From: a virus
Length of the DNA stretch: 64,000 bases
Virus record (IMG/VR): IMGVR_UViG_3300033518_000130
Strand: one strand, 5' to 3'
Both the position numbers and the translations under genes were made by a program. The notes under the pieces are model-generated. The model searched no databases, was not told the origin of the DNA, and saw only the letters and a list, made by a program, of their open reading frames with translations. Every line of letters begins with the position of its first letter. Position 1 is the first letter of the stretch. Below, in pieces: positions 46,901 through 57,400 of the stretch.

Positions 46901-49900
46901 AAGAAGCTTATGATAAATTTGAAGCATTAAGTGATAAAGCTAAAAAAGGAATACTTAAAGAAACTCAACAAAAAATACAATTAGATTATTATAATGTTAA
47001 AGATAATTTTTATACTGCTAAATATATAGGAGTAGCAGAAGCTACTAGTGATAATCAAGGTAAAAGATTAGCAGGAGATAATGCAAGTGGAAAACCTATT
47101 ATTGAAAACATTAAAGGAGAAAAATTTAAATTATGGATTGTTAAAAGTAGTAAAGTAGCATCTGCTTATATTAAACAATATAAAGAAAAATTAGGAGATA
47201 ACGCTAGTAATTATGAAAGTATTGATTCTACTGATGCTCAAGAATTTACTACTATATACGAATACTTAGATATTTTAGTAAGAATGAATACTATTACTGA
47301 AGATATTAAAAATAAAGCATTAGAAGCTTATGATAATGACGAAGAAATAGATTTTAAAGCATTAGGTATTGTAATACAAGCTCATAAACCTGTATATAAT
47401 AATAATTTTTTAAGAGATGGAGTAAATAGTAGATTATATGTTAAATCTGCATCTTTACCGTTAATAAAACAATTTACTAAAGGATTACCTATAGATAAAG
47501 TAAGAGAATTAATGGAAAAGAATAAAATACAACGATTAGCATTTACTTCAGCAGTTAAAGTAGGAACTCCTACTAACGTACATACTTTAGTTAATAAAGA
47601 AGGTATGATAGAATTACCTTCTACAGATGAAAATGGAATATTGAAAGACAATTCTTTAGTATTAGATGTACCTAGATTAGGTCATAAAACTCAACAAGAT
47701 ATTCCTTATGATGAAAAGAAACGTAATATTAATGATGGTACTCAACAAAGACAATTATTATTTGAAGGAATATTAAATATGAATGGGTTTATAGATCCTG
47801 AAACAGGAAAATTTATAAAAGGAAGAGAATTATATAATAAATATATAAATAAATATGATAAAGCATTTTTATATAAATATAATAAATTTCTTAAAGAATT
47901 TACTACTAATGAAGGAAAATATATAAATTACTCTGAATTAATAAAAGTTTTAAGAAAGGAAGCTATTAAGATGAATTGGACAGATAATGAAGTAGCTGAA
48001 TTAAAATTAGGAGCTGATGGTAGATTTGAAGTACCTCTATATTTAGCTAAAAATGAAGGTAAAATGATTAGCTTAATTAATTCTCTAGTAGATAATAATA
48101 TTAGAAAGTTAAAGCCGAGAGGAAAGAGTTATGTTTTAGTTTCTGAAGTAGGTATCAATATAAGTAAAACTAACAAGAATATAGTTACTATAGAAGGTTT
48201 TGATGGAGAATTAAAACCTATGAGGACTGATGAAAAAACAGGAGAAATATTACCTGCTGAAGTTATTATTCCTTTTAATATGTTTGATAACTATGGTACT
48301 AAACTAGAACTTAAAAACTTTGTAGATAATAATGGTAATTTAGATACTACTAAATTACCACCTGAATTATTAGAATCTTTTGGATTTCGTATCCCTACAC
48401 AAGGACATAGTTCTATGACTTATGTTAAAGTAGTAGGTTTTACTACAGCAGGAGTAAACTATGGAGATATAATGTTTGCACCTAAAGATTTAGTAGCTCA
48501 AATGGGGTCGGATTTCGATGCAGATAAAATGTATAATAATTTCTATAATACTTTGTATGATAATAATACAGGAATATTATATAAAGCTACACAAGAATTA
48601 GTAGATAAAATAAAGAAACAAAATGAAGATTCTAATACTAGTATTAAATCTATTAAAGAAAACTATTCTAAAATAAATCAAAATAAAGAAAAAAGAAAAG
48701 AATTAGTAGAAAAGTTTTTAGAAGGTCAAGATGATTTATTTAAAGAAACAGTTAGAACTATTTTAACATTTAAAACAGAGATAGCAATAGATAATTATTT
48801 AAATGATAATTTTGAAGGATTACCTAATGATATAATAAATTCTATTAAAGATATTAAAAGAGAAGTGGATTCGTTAAAAATAAATATTAATGAATTATAC
48901 AAGGAAAATAATACTAAAGAAAAAATACCTTATATTAAACTTCCTAAAGAAATAGAATTACAAGTACTAGAAAATGATATACTAGATATACATAAGTCAG
49001 TAATGCTACACCCTGAAGTAGATAAAAAGATGAAAAATCCTTTAGATAATAAAGAATTAAATAATATTACTGAATTAGCTAAAGAATTTAACTCTAAAAA
49101 AAGCAAATCCAACTACACTCCTCTTTCGGCTTACCATCAATCTTCAAAGTATTTAAATGCTCGAAGTGGTAAAACGGGAGTAAGTTCGTTTGCATTAGAT
49201 AATGTATTAAATGCTACATTACAAACAGTAGAAAAACCTATGTTTATTTATGAAGAAATTGAAGTACCTAATAATGAGGGAAAAAAAACAAGAAAAATAA
49301 AAACTTATAAAATAGCAGGTAAAGAAACAAACGCTTTAAATAACCCATTAACAATGAATGGAGGAAATAAATCAGATTTAATTTCAGCCTTTTTATCTGT
49401 AGCTGTAGATAACGAAAAACTACAATTAATGGATAAAATTAATGTTAATAAAACTACTTTTGATTTTATTAGAGGTGCTATTCAACAAGGATTAGACGAA
49501 AATTTAATACTAACTATACTAAATAACCCATTTATTAAATATTATATAAGTCAAAAACAATTAAGAAATAATGCAGAAATAAATAAACTTGAAAATTTAA
49601 TTGATAAATTTAATAAAGACACTACTACAAGTTATTCAGGCTCATTAAAAGATGAAAAAATATTAGATAAATTAAAATTTGACATAGAATTAAATATTAA
49701 AGATTATATAGATAAAGAGGGAATACTTGAAAAAGATAAAGACACTTTAACTTCTGAAGATAGAATAATTGGTCAAAGAATAAAAGAAATATTTAAACTT
49801 TATAATGATTTAGAGGGCGATGGTAAACAACTTCGAGTAGTACAAAGTGCTTTAAATTCTGATAGTAGTGGTATAGGAAAAGATATGTTTTATTCGTTAG

Positions 49901-51405
49901 AAAAACAAAGACAAATAGAACTATTAAGAGGTATGAGTACTATTCCTGATGCTCATTTATTAGTTGGGAATTATATCAGTACAAATGAAATATTAGAAGA
50001 TATAGAAAATTATATTAAACATCTAAAAGATAATCCTGAAGAAGAATATAAAAGTACTATATTTAATAAAATTCCTGATATAAAAGAATTAGTAGATACT
50101 AAAGGAGTTGAAAACTTAAAAACTTTTACTGAGGATTTTGTAATAGAAATTAATAGTATTTTAAAAGAATTAGGATATATAAATACTAAATCTTTTGATA
50201 TAAGTGATAAAGGATTATTTATTAAACCTAATACTATTAAAGGTTTTACTTCTGTTTATGCAGTAATGACTAATAATAAAATTTGGAAAGATTTATTCCC
50301 TTATGAAAATTCTTTTTTTAATTCAGCATTAAATCCTATTGTAGATATAATAGAAAAAAATACAGCAGGAGATATATTTTTAGAGCAATCTATAAAAAAT
50401 AAAAGAAAAGTTTTTAATTCTCTAAAAAGTTTCTTATCTTCGAGTTTTACAGTTGATAATAATATGGATATTAATTTATTAAGAGAAAAACTATTAGTAA
50501 AAGAAACATTTAATGAGTTTGGAGAACCTGAAATTAATGAATCTTTGATGAAAGTATTAATAAAGGTAAAAGAATTAACAGCATTTAAAAAGAATGCTTT
50601 TATTCAAAGATTAGATTTAGGAGATTCTAATGTATTTAAAAAAGGAGAAACTATTGATAATGTTAGATATAACGCATCTCAAACAGATTCTATAGATGAA
50701 GAATCAGTAACTGAAGGATTTATTGATTTATTAATTAATAATGAATTAATAGGAATAAATTATTTAGGTAAAGATTTAACAGGTAAAGATTTAGCTAATA
50801 TACTTATTAATCATCAAATGATTACTGGAGGAGTACAAAAAGCTAATCAGTTTATAAAACATATTCCTACATTTTATCTTAAACAATTAGATTATTATAA
50901 TCAATTAGATAGTTTTAGAAAAGAATTTAGTAATTTTGAAATAGGTATAATTATAAGTAATTTTTTACAAAGATTTAAAATACAATATTTTCAACATAAC
51001 CCTAAAGAAGCTTATAACTCTTTTATAGAAAAAGTTATAAATGAAGGAGTTAAAGACCCTGAATCAGATACTATATTTGAAGTAACAGGAGTAGAAGATA
51101 AAGTATTAGTTAATAATACAAATATTCAATTTCCTGATATATTTAGTGTTAGACACCCTAATAGTAAAGGATACGTTTTATATGTATTAAACGAAGATGG
51201 TACTTACCACGCAGTAGATAATTTAGGAGAAAGAGATGTATTAGAATACAATCTACATACTGATAAACAATTTAGTATGATACCTGATAACAGATTTTTT
51301 AATGAATATAATAATAGAACATCAGTAGAAGTAATAAATCCTATAACTTTAGAAACTTTAAATAGTTTAATAGAAAAAGAATTAATAATTAAAATATGTA
51401 AATAA
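43993..51405 (+). CDS. virion-packaged RNA polymerase (crAss-like vRNAP, double-psi beta-barrel type)
   Basis: 2470 aa. FGFRIPTQGHSSMTYVKVVGF...IMFAPKDLVAQMGSDFDADKMYNNF parallels the beta-prime motifs RAPTLH...NADFDGDQM (catalytic DxDxD). Size and position among the giant genes fit crAss-like phages. Confidence 0.7.
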   Translation: MKEGCVVKIKNKTYKTDKGLKNFLINNISLYKDILLNKENVEKFNTYIEKLKQEEENKDIQYKLNFAEEEEKKEERKNKIEQEIEKELNNNIDELDIDFSPLTENDNYNNEIEEDYNYIKGLSTTIQRDVLNKIVNEILENMQKGKLVDISQEVSDFYTILEKGIKVNIENSSISEELKKSILEQITILSNNKVIIYKKVRKHLLKNISVTQANNTDKNKYLEERKKALAEMNLDTDLTDTDEIEDDDLEEDNDTGEDKENNDNWGDNSLYKTDGRQSLSQVVKTLFVNISKGRIINGQYKTWTNGITETTVPFDEAYNKVVSLLANNNGKDYIYPSYEDMINELKKHTTNTPFLHFLIEKLEKSDTGVKNAFVTDMSKQYSNYTFMSITRKGDILLYNKSQSDNRSKVDLVLNEWYSNLTNRETTSISTGEDGKARLFFNDKTLEQINLIINKTNKTIEDLKLFNNNKRKHGLDTSIDENNQIINTLLDEEGKIIRNKNIVALQRKENIKTLKDYEQKLRKNIMSNIDLVLRVQGIKLPSELIDFIIINGGINFNYQVNVEEVLKEQDSLNNSRNSYGYENIETLANTLIGQLETLLKDKSQNFETKNPIDNKFIKTLAKYTAYFRTDLYSTSFRNISNDSVYSYNSPKNIIDNILKIKSDKNYLNNLKDDDYLRSIQDLNNPYEWLQAGGDIVRFRDGISDNLVYSTVDGLSEIGKRKPVDKMNESEYLYYIYNTFFASSNSDFAYVMFPTMSDKSVPLDLKVPKVNYSIKPFDKKNSSNNKHIEQLFDALVLPELKRMSNAKDKKTNIEEFEKGKNQIFLFPELNTVSVLNENDEEVKVINESFITNDKGEVEYIAEFNPEALSEGSLLHNALLEKFHKIIVAKIKQQGNQLINLGLAENIDGVYQYTSKLASNKNLGNIYSDISTFAITNIVANAQIQKIFIGDPALFYKEPSGLKDLVKEYKEKKEAYDKFEALSDKAKKGILKETQQKIQLDYYNVKDNFYTAKYIGVAEATSDNQGKRLAGDNASGKPIIENIKGEKFKLWIVKSSKVASAYIKQYKEKLGDNASNYESIDSTDAQEFTTIYEYLDILVRMNTITEDIKNKALEAYDNDEEIDFKALGIVIQAHKPVYNNNFLRDGVNSRLYVKSASLPLIKQFTKGLPIDKVRELMEKNKIQRLAFTSAVKVGTPTNVHTLVNKEGMIELPSTDENGILKDNSLVLDVPRLGHKTQQDIPYDEKKRNINDGTQQRQLLFEGILNMNGFIDPETGKFIKGRELYNKYINKYDKAFLYKYNKFLKEFTTNEGKYINYSELIKVLRKEAIKMNWTDNEVAELKLGADGRFEVPLYLAKNEGKMISLINSLVDNNIRKLKPRGKSYVLVSEVGINISKTNKNIVTIEGFDGELKPMRTDEKTGEILPAEVIIPFNMFDNYGTKLELKNFVDNNGNLDTTKLPPELLESFGFRIPTQGHSSMTYVKVVGFTTAGVNYGDIMFAPKDLVAQMGSDFDADKMYNNFYNTLYDNNTGILYKATQELVDKIKKQNEDSNTSIKSIKENYSKINQNKEKRKELVEKFLEGQDDLFKETVRTILTFKTEIAIDNYLNDNFEGLPNDIINSIKDIKREVDSLKININELYKENNTKEKIPYIKLPKEIELQVLENDILDIHKSVMLHPEVDKKMKNPLDNKELNNITELAKEFNSKKSKSNYTPLSAYHQSSKYLNARSGKTGVSSFALDNVLNATLQTVEKPMFIYEEIEVPNNEGKKTRKIKTYKIAGKETNALNNPLTMNGGNKSDLISAFLSVAVDNEKLQLMDKINVNKTTFDFIRGAIQQGLDENLILTILNNPFIKYYISQKQLRNNAEINKLENLIDKFNKDTTTSYSGSLKDEKILDKLKFDIELNIKDYIDKEGILEKDKDTLTSEDRIIGQRIKEIFKLYNDLEGDGKQLRVVQSALNSDSSGIGKDMFYSLEKQRQIELLRGMSTIPDAHLLVGNYISTNEILEDIENYIKHLKDNPEEEYKSTIFNKIPDIKELVDTKGVENLKTFTEDFVIEINSILKELGYINTKSFDISDKGLFIKPNTIKGFTSVYAVMTNNKIWKDLFPYENSFFNSALNPIVDIIEKNTAGDIFLEQSIKNKRKVFNSLKSFLSSSFTVDNNMDINLLREKLLVKETFNEFGEPEINESLMKVLIKVKELTAFKKNAFIQRLDLGDSNVFKKGETIDNVRYNASQTDSIDEESVTEGFIDLLINNELIGINYLGKDLTGKDLANILINHQMITGGVQKANQFIKHIPTFYLKQLDYYNQLDSFRKEFSNFEIGIIISNFLQRFKIQYFQHNPKEAYNSFIEKVINEGVKDPESDTIFEVTGVEDKVLVNNTNIQFPDIFSVRHPNSKGYVLYVLNEDGTYHAVDNLGERDVLEYNLHTDKQFSMIPDNRFFNEYNNRTSVEVINPITLETLNSLIEKELIIKICK
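48114..48130 (-). repeat. CTYTCGGC-motif copy 14
   Basis: Plus strand gccgagaggaaagagtt, reverse complement aactctttcctctcggc. Confidence 0.8.
49114..49132 (+). repeat. CTYTCGGC-motif copy 15
   Basis: tacactcctctttcggctt. Confidence 0.8.
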
Positions 51406-54400
51406 TGGATAATTGTACATTTCAAATAAACGGAATAGATAAAATATTTAACTCTGAACAAGAAGTATTAGATTATATAAATAGTAATCCTATAGCAAAA
51501 GAATTAATAAAAAGTATCAATAGAAATATTGATACCTTTGAAAATAAAGTAAATAGTAATGAAACTAATATAACTAAAACTAAAGCTGAAATTAAAGAGT
51601 CTGTTAATCCTACTACATTTACTAGTTATTCAGGAGCAGCTAAAGGAGGAGATACTGTTTGGAATGATAAAGGTAAAAAATATAATATAGGAAAACAAGT
51701 AAATTATGTACCTGATACTTTACAAAAACTAGATGAAAATCAAAGAAAGATAGTAGAAGATGCTTATCAACAAGCAGTAAAAGATTTAGGAAGAAAGCTC
51801 TTACCTTATGATTGGAATAACCCAAATAAGAAAGATGAGAACGATAAAAGCATATATTTTGCTGGAGGTTTAGTTAGAAGAGATTTTTTACAAGCTAAGG
51901 CATCTGATGCTATATTTGCTATTAGTGATATTATTTTACCTAATGAAGAAGGTAAACCAGTAAAAGGCAAAAGGTATTCTAACAAAATAAATAAAGCTAT
52001 TGTAGATGGAGGTACTGGTTATGCTGTTCAAATGGCTATTAATTTAGGTAAACCTGTATATGTATTTCATCAAGGAAGTAATAAAGACAATTCAACAGAA
52101 ATAGGTTGGTATAAATGGGAATCAGAATATAACTTATTAAGAGAAAATACTAATAAAGGAAAATTTGTTAAAGTAGATACCCCTATATTAACTGAGAAAT
52201 TTGCTGGTATAGGAACAAGAGAAATAAATGAAGCAGGGAAACAAGCTATAGAAGATGTATATAATAAAACATTTAAAAGTTTAAATACAAATAACAATCA
52301 AAATGTAAAAGGAGAAGAAATAAATAGCTATGCTGATAATTTAGCATTTGCTTTAACTAATCCTACTGTAACATCACCTAAAGGATATACTTGGAGCAGA
52401 CAATGGACTGCTGGTCAAAATAGTTGGAGAAATTATATGTCTAAAGGTATAGACTTTAATGGTGTTAATTATAAAGATGTTGAAGAAGCATATCAAAAAA
52501 ATAAAAATAATTATCCAATAGGCAAAGCAAGAGATAATTTTATGCTTTCTTTAATAGAAATAAAACTTAAAACATATCCTAATTTAGTAGAAGGTATTGA
52601 TAAAAAAGGTGGGGTAGGTTATATTTTAAATTCTACACATCAACCAACTAAACAAAATTCACATTGGGAATCTGGGGGTAATAATGCTTTTATTAAGTTA
52701 TTAGCTCAAGCATATCAAAATGTAATTAACAATCAAAATGTTAATACAGAATTAAATAATAGTAAAGTAGAAGAAAAAATAAATATATCAAATTCTACTA
52801 ATGGATTACAAAATATAAGTAACCAATCTACAAAAGAACTTGTTAATCCTATCTTAGAACAAGGCAGATATGTTACTTTTAACGGAGAAACTTATATAGT
52901 AACTAAACAAAATTCTAATGGAACGTGGCAAATATATAATTCTACTAAAGAAGGAACAAAGGCTAAAAAATCAGTAAGTGAAGAGAATTTAACATTATTA
53001 AAAACTAAAGCTGAAATAATTAATTATAAAGGTACAGATTACATTGTTACTCCTAAAAAAACTATAATTAGTTTAACTACTAATAAAAAAATGGAATGGG
53101 GAGAAGAAAATGGAGATAGAAGAAGTATTTTAGGGTTAGCCGAGAAGAAGAGTGATTCTGTTTCTGTTGTTTCTACTTCTACCACCTCTAATAATAAAAG
53201 TATTACTATTAAGATTCCTACACCTAAACAATTTAAAACTCCTAAACAGAAAGTTAAAGATAACAGTCCATTAATTAACACAGGAGATAAAAAAACTGAA
53301 GCATTAACTAGATTAGGATTTAAAAATAATAGTAATGAAATCGGATTAAAAGCTCTTATTACTAGAACTATAGGAGATGAACCTGCATTAGTATCTATTA
53401 AAGATTTGTTATTTAAAGCTATAGATAATCAAAAATTAAATGATTTACCTGTATTTATAGATAATAATTTAAGTCAAAGAGGAGAATTAAAAAGTAATAA
53501 TGGAATACCTTTATATATTAAAATTAATCCTAATAAAATAATACCCGATTCTAATAAATTATTTACTACAAAAGATGAAGCAGAGATTAAAAAAGTATTA
53601 TTAGAAGAAATATTACACGCTGTTACTAAAGGAGCATTAGTTAAAACAAATTCTAAATTAGTTAATGATTTAACTAATATTAGAACAGAAGCATTAGAAT
53701 TATTAGAAGGTTCTTATCCTTCATTGAATAGTGTTATAAGTAAAATAAACGAAAAGAAACCCTTAAATAAAAAAGATTATATTATATATAAACTTTCTAA
53801 TAATACAGAGTTTATTCAAGCATTTATTCAAGAACCTAATTTTAGAAAAATACTTGCAGATATAGGAAAAGATACTAAAACACTTACTGTTCCTACTTCT
53901 ATATTAGCTAGATTAAAAAGCTGGTTAAGTGATTTATTTAGTAGTTTATTTCCAAATACTAAAGATGTTAGTAATTTAGCTCGTAGAGCAGTAGTTACTA
54001 CGTTTCAAATACTAGAAGATAGTTCTATACTAGAAGAATCTAGTATTATTAAAACTAAAAACTCGTTAATCAGTGAATTTATATTAAAAGATGATAAAGG
54101 TAATAATTTAGTTATTAATAATGCTACAGAAGTAGCTGAATTTATTAATAATAACGTAAGAAATATTAGAGCTTTTGTTAATGAAGATAATACGATAGAT
54201 TTACAATATATAGATTCAGCTCAAGGAACAGTATCCGATTACAATATTTCTTATAGTGATGAATTTGAAGATTTTGAAAATATTACTAATAATGTTGAAG
54301 ATTTTATAGACGCAGGTAATTTTAATCTTAAATCCTTAACATCTTATCTTAATCAAACTTTAAAAAGATTAAAAGATAATAAAAGAAGAATAAGAATAGA

Positions 54401-57400
54401 ATTAGATGAAACTACAGATACTGTTAAACAAAAAGAACTTAATACAGAAATAGAACGTATTAATGATAAAATTTCTAAATTAAGTGAGATTAGAAATAAT
54501 AGTACTAGTTTAAGTAATGGATTAGAGAAAAAAGAAGTAATAAATTTAGCACTAGAACAACTAGATGAAGTAGAAAGACAACTCAAATCACCTATCCTTT
54601 CGGCTACCGAACTTCTTACATTAAGTGGAACAGTTAATTTTTGGAATCAAGCTAAAGATTTATTATTTACTGAAGAAGATTATAACGATACAGAATTATT
54701 AAAAGATTTTGGAGGTATTCAAGCAGTTGCTACTACTACAAGTAAAAAAGTTCTTACTAAAATGAAAGATTATTTAGAAAGTTCTGTTGTTCTAGGAAAT
54801 GAATCAATAGATACTTTAATGGAAGCTTTTAAAGATGTTAATTGGATAACAAGTCAAGCTACTGATATTAGTACTACAGGTAATGCTTTATTAGAAGGAG
54901 TATGGAAAGTAGTAAAAAAAGCTAATTACGATACTACAAGAGAAGGAGAAGAATATCATAAAAAAATTGATAAATCTTATGAAAAAATAAAAAATAAAGT
55001 AAAAGGTAATAATATTAATGATATATTTTCAGCTTTTAAACAAAAAAATAAAAATGGAAAATTAACTCAAAACTATGTTCATAGATATACTTTTGAATAT
55101 TCTAATGCTCTTAATAAAGTATTATCAGGTACTAGTGGAGGGTCTAATGCTCAAAATTATTTAAGTTTAGCTAAATTTTATTCTGATAATCAATTAGATT
55201 ATTCACTTATAAAATTATTTCCTAAAGAAATAACCCATGAATCTATATTATTACAAGAAAAAGAAGAAAAAAGGATAATAGATGAAATAGGAGTAGCTCA
55301 TTATAACGAATGGTATGAGAAACAATCTAAACAGCTAGAGAATTATAAGAATGATTTAGAGGCAACTATTAGATTTAAAAAAGATAATTATAAAGAAGAA
55401 GTAGTAAAAGTATTTGATAATAAACATAGTAATATGTTAAATTCAGATAATATTAATAAAGAGTATTTAGCTAAACAACTACTTGAAGAAAAAGAAATTA
55501 TATTAAAAAGTATAGAATCTGAAAAATATGCACCTTTAGTTAAATTTATTAAACAATATGAACAAAAAAATAGTCCTTATTATTTACAAGGAACTATAAA
55601 TGCTTTTAAAAATAAGAATAAATTACAAGAAGAATATAAGTCTTTAGATATTACTAAATTAAAAGAAAAGGCAGCTTTACAAGAAAAGATATTAGATATA
55701 GATAAGCAAAAACAAATGTTTATATCTTCTTTTAATATTGATAATAATTTATTTGCTAATAAATATTTTACTTCTTTACCAAAACAAAAATTAAATAATG
55801 GAGATAATATTTATGATAAGGATTTTGAAGTTATTGAAAATGATAAAGACTTAAAAGAGTTTTATGATTTAATGCAAGATACTTTTCAAAATCTTTCTAA
55901 ATATCTTCCTTATAGTGAACGTAAGCAAATAATGTATGGAGGAATACCTATGATAGAAAAAACCATGTTTGAAATGTTTATGGGTAAAGGATATAAATTA
56001 GGTTGGACACCTATTAAAACAGAAATGGATAAACTATTTCAAGTAGTAGGAAAAGAAAATACTAATAGTGTTAAAGATTTTTCTACTAATAAAATAGAAG
56101 AAGAGCTATCTACAGGTTTAAGATTTGATTCTTATCAAGATTTTCAAGATAAAGTATTATTAAAGAAAATAGATTATTATAAAGCTAATCCTGAAAAAGA
56201 AAAAGAGTTTATAGATAATCCTGAAAAAGAAGCAGATTTAATAGAAAAATTAGAAGAAGAAACTAGAGATGAATTAGCTAAAGATAAATCTTTTGATTTA
56301 GTAAAAATAATGAAATTATACAATGTAGCTGTTACAGGTTATAAACACAAAGCTAAAATAGAAGATAGTTTAAAAGTAGCTCAAATAGTATTAGATTCTT
56401 ATGAAGAAGTTAGAAGAGATAGTGAAGGTAAACCATTAAGGGATTCTATCAATTCAACTATTTCTAAAAAAGCTAAAGAGGATTCTTTTGTTAATATGAA
56501 AAAACAATTTGATTATTATATAGATGCAACAATGTATAATAAATCAAGAGAGATTAATAGAGGTAAAATCATATACACTAAAGAAGAATCTATAAAGAAA
56601 AAGAAACTAGAAAAATATATAGAAGAGTATAATGAAGATTTATTAAAATTAGATATTAAAATAAATGAAATAGAAAATAAAATTTCTAAAGAAACTAATA
56701 TGAACTTAAAAGAGTCTTTAGAAAAAGACTTACAAAGTTTATTAATTCAAAAATCTAGAATTAATATAAATATAAATAATTCTGAACAGTTAATTAGTAA
56801 ATTAGGAAATCATAGAGATAAAAATGCTCCAATAGATATAGCTATTAAATGGAATCAATGGAATGGTATGGGTTGGAATGTTATAGGAGGTATTAGTAAT
56901 ATGGCTTTTGGATTAGTAGCTAATATAATAGAAGGTAGTGGTAACGAATTATATAATAATTCTCAATTATTTAAAGCTTACACTAAAGTATTAAGGCATT
57001 CAAGTCTTAAAAATTTAACATTTAATAAATGGGAAACAGATGAAGCATTTAAAATAAGAAAAGGAATGAATAAACTTAATATTCTTAACGATGCTTCTGA
57101 AGAATTAACTAATAGTAGTAGTTGGGATACTAAAAAGAAATTAGATTGGTTACATTGGGCTAATATTAATAAACGTACTGAATATATAAATCAAGCTCCT
57201 TTATTTATAGTTATGATGCAAAATACTAAATATACTACACCAAATGGAAAAATTATAAGTTTAATGGAAGGATTCAATAAAGATTTTAATTGGGATACTA
57301 CTAAGTATGGAGCTGAACCTAGTGATTTAATATTTAAAACTAAAATAAAAATAGACCAACTTATTAAAAATCGTACACATGGTAATTATGATCCTCTTTC

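Noticed and set aside
53601-53621. Zincin HExxH metalloprotease motif in the third giant protein (VLLEEILHAVTK)
   Set aside because: The sequence is EEILH, not HExxH. The first metal-binding His is missing and no downstream third ligand motif was recognisable.
10296-54586. All other antisense ORFs in the track inside large plus-strand genes (10296, 11550, 13304, 21081, 22389, 22815, 25796, 37206, 37917, 47382, 48930, 51204, 51640, 52070, 53039, 54353)
   Set aside because: Each lies wholly within or across a much longer sense ORF of the unidirectional block. Their compositions (L/I/F/S/V-rich) are what reverse frames of A-rich codons give. There is no independent support for any of them.
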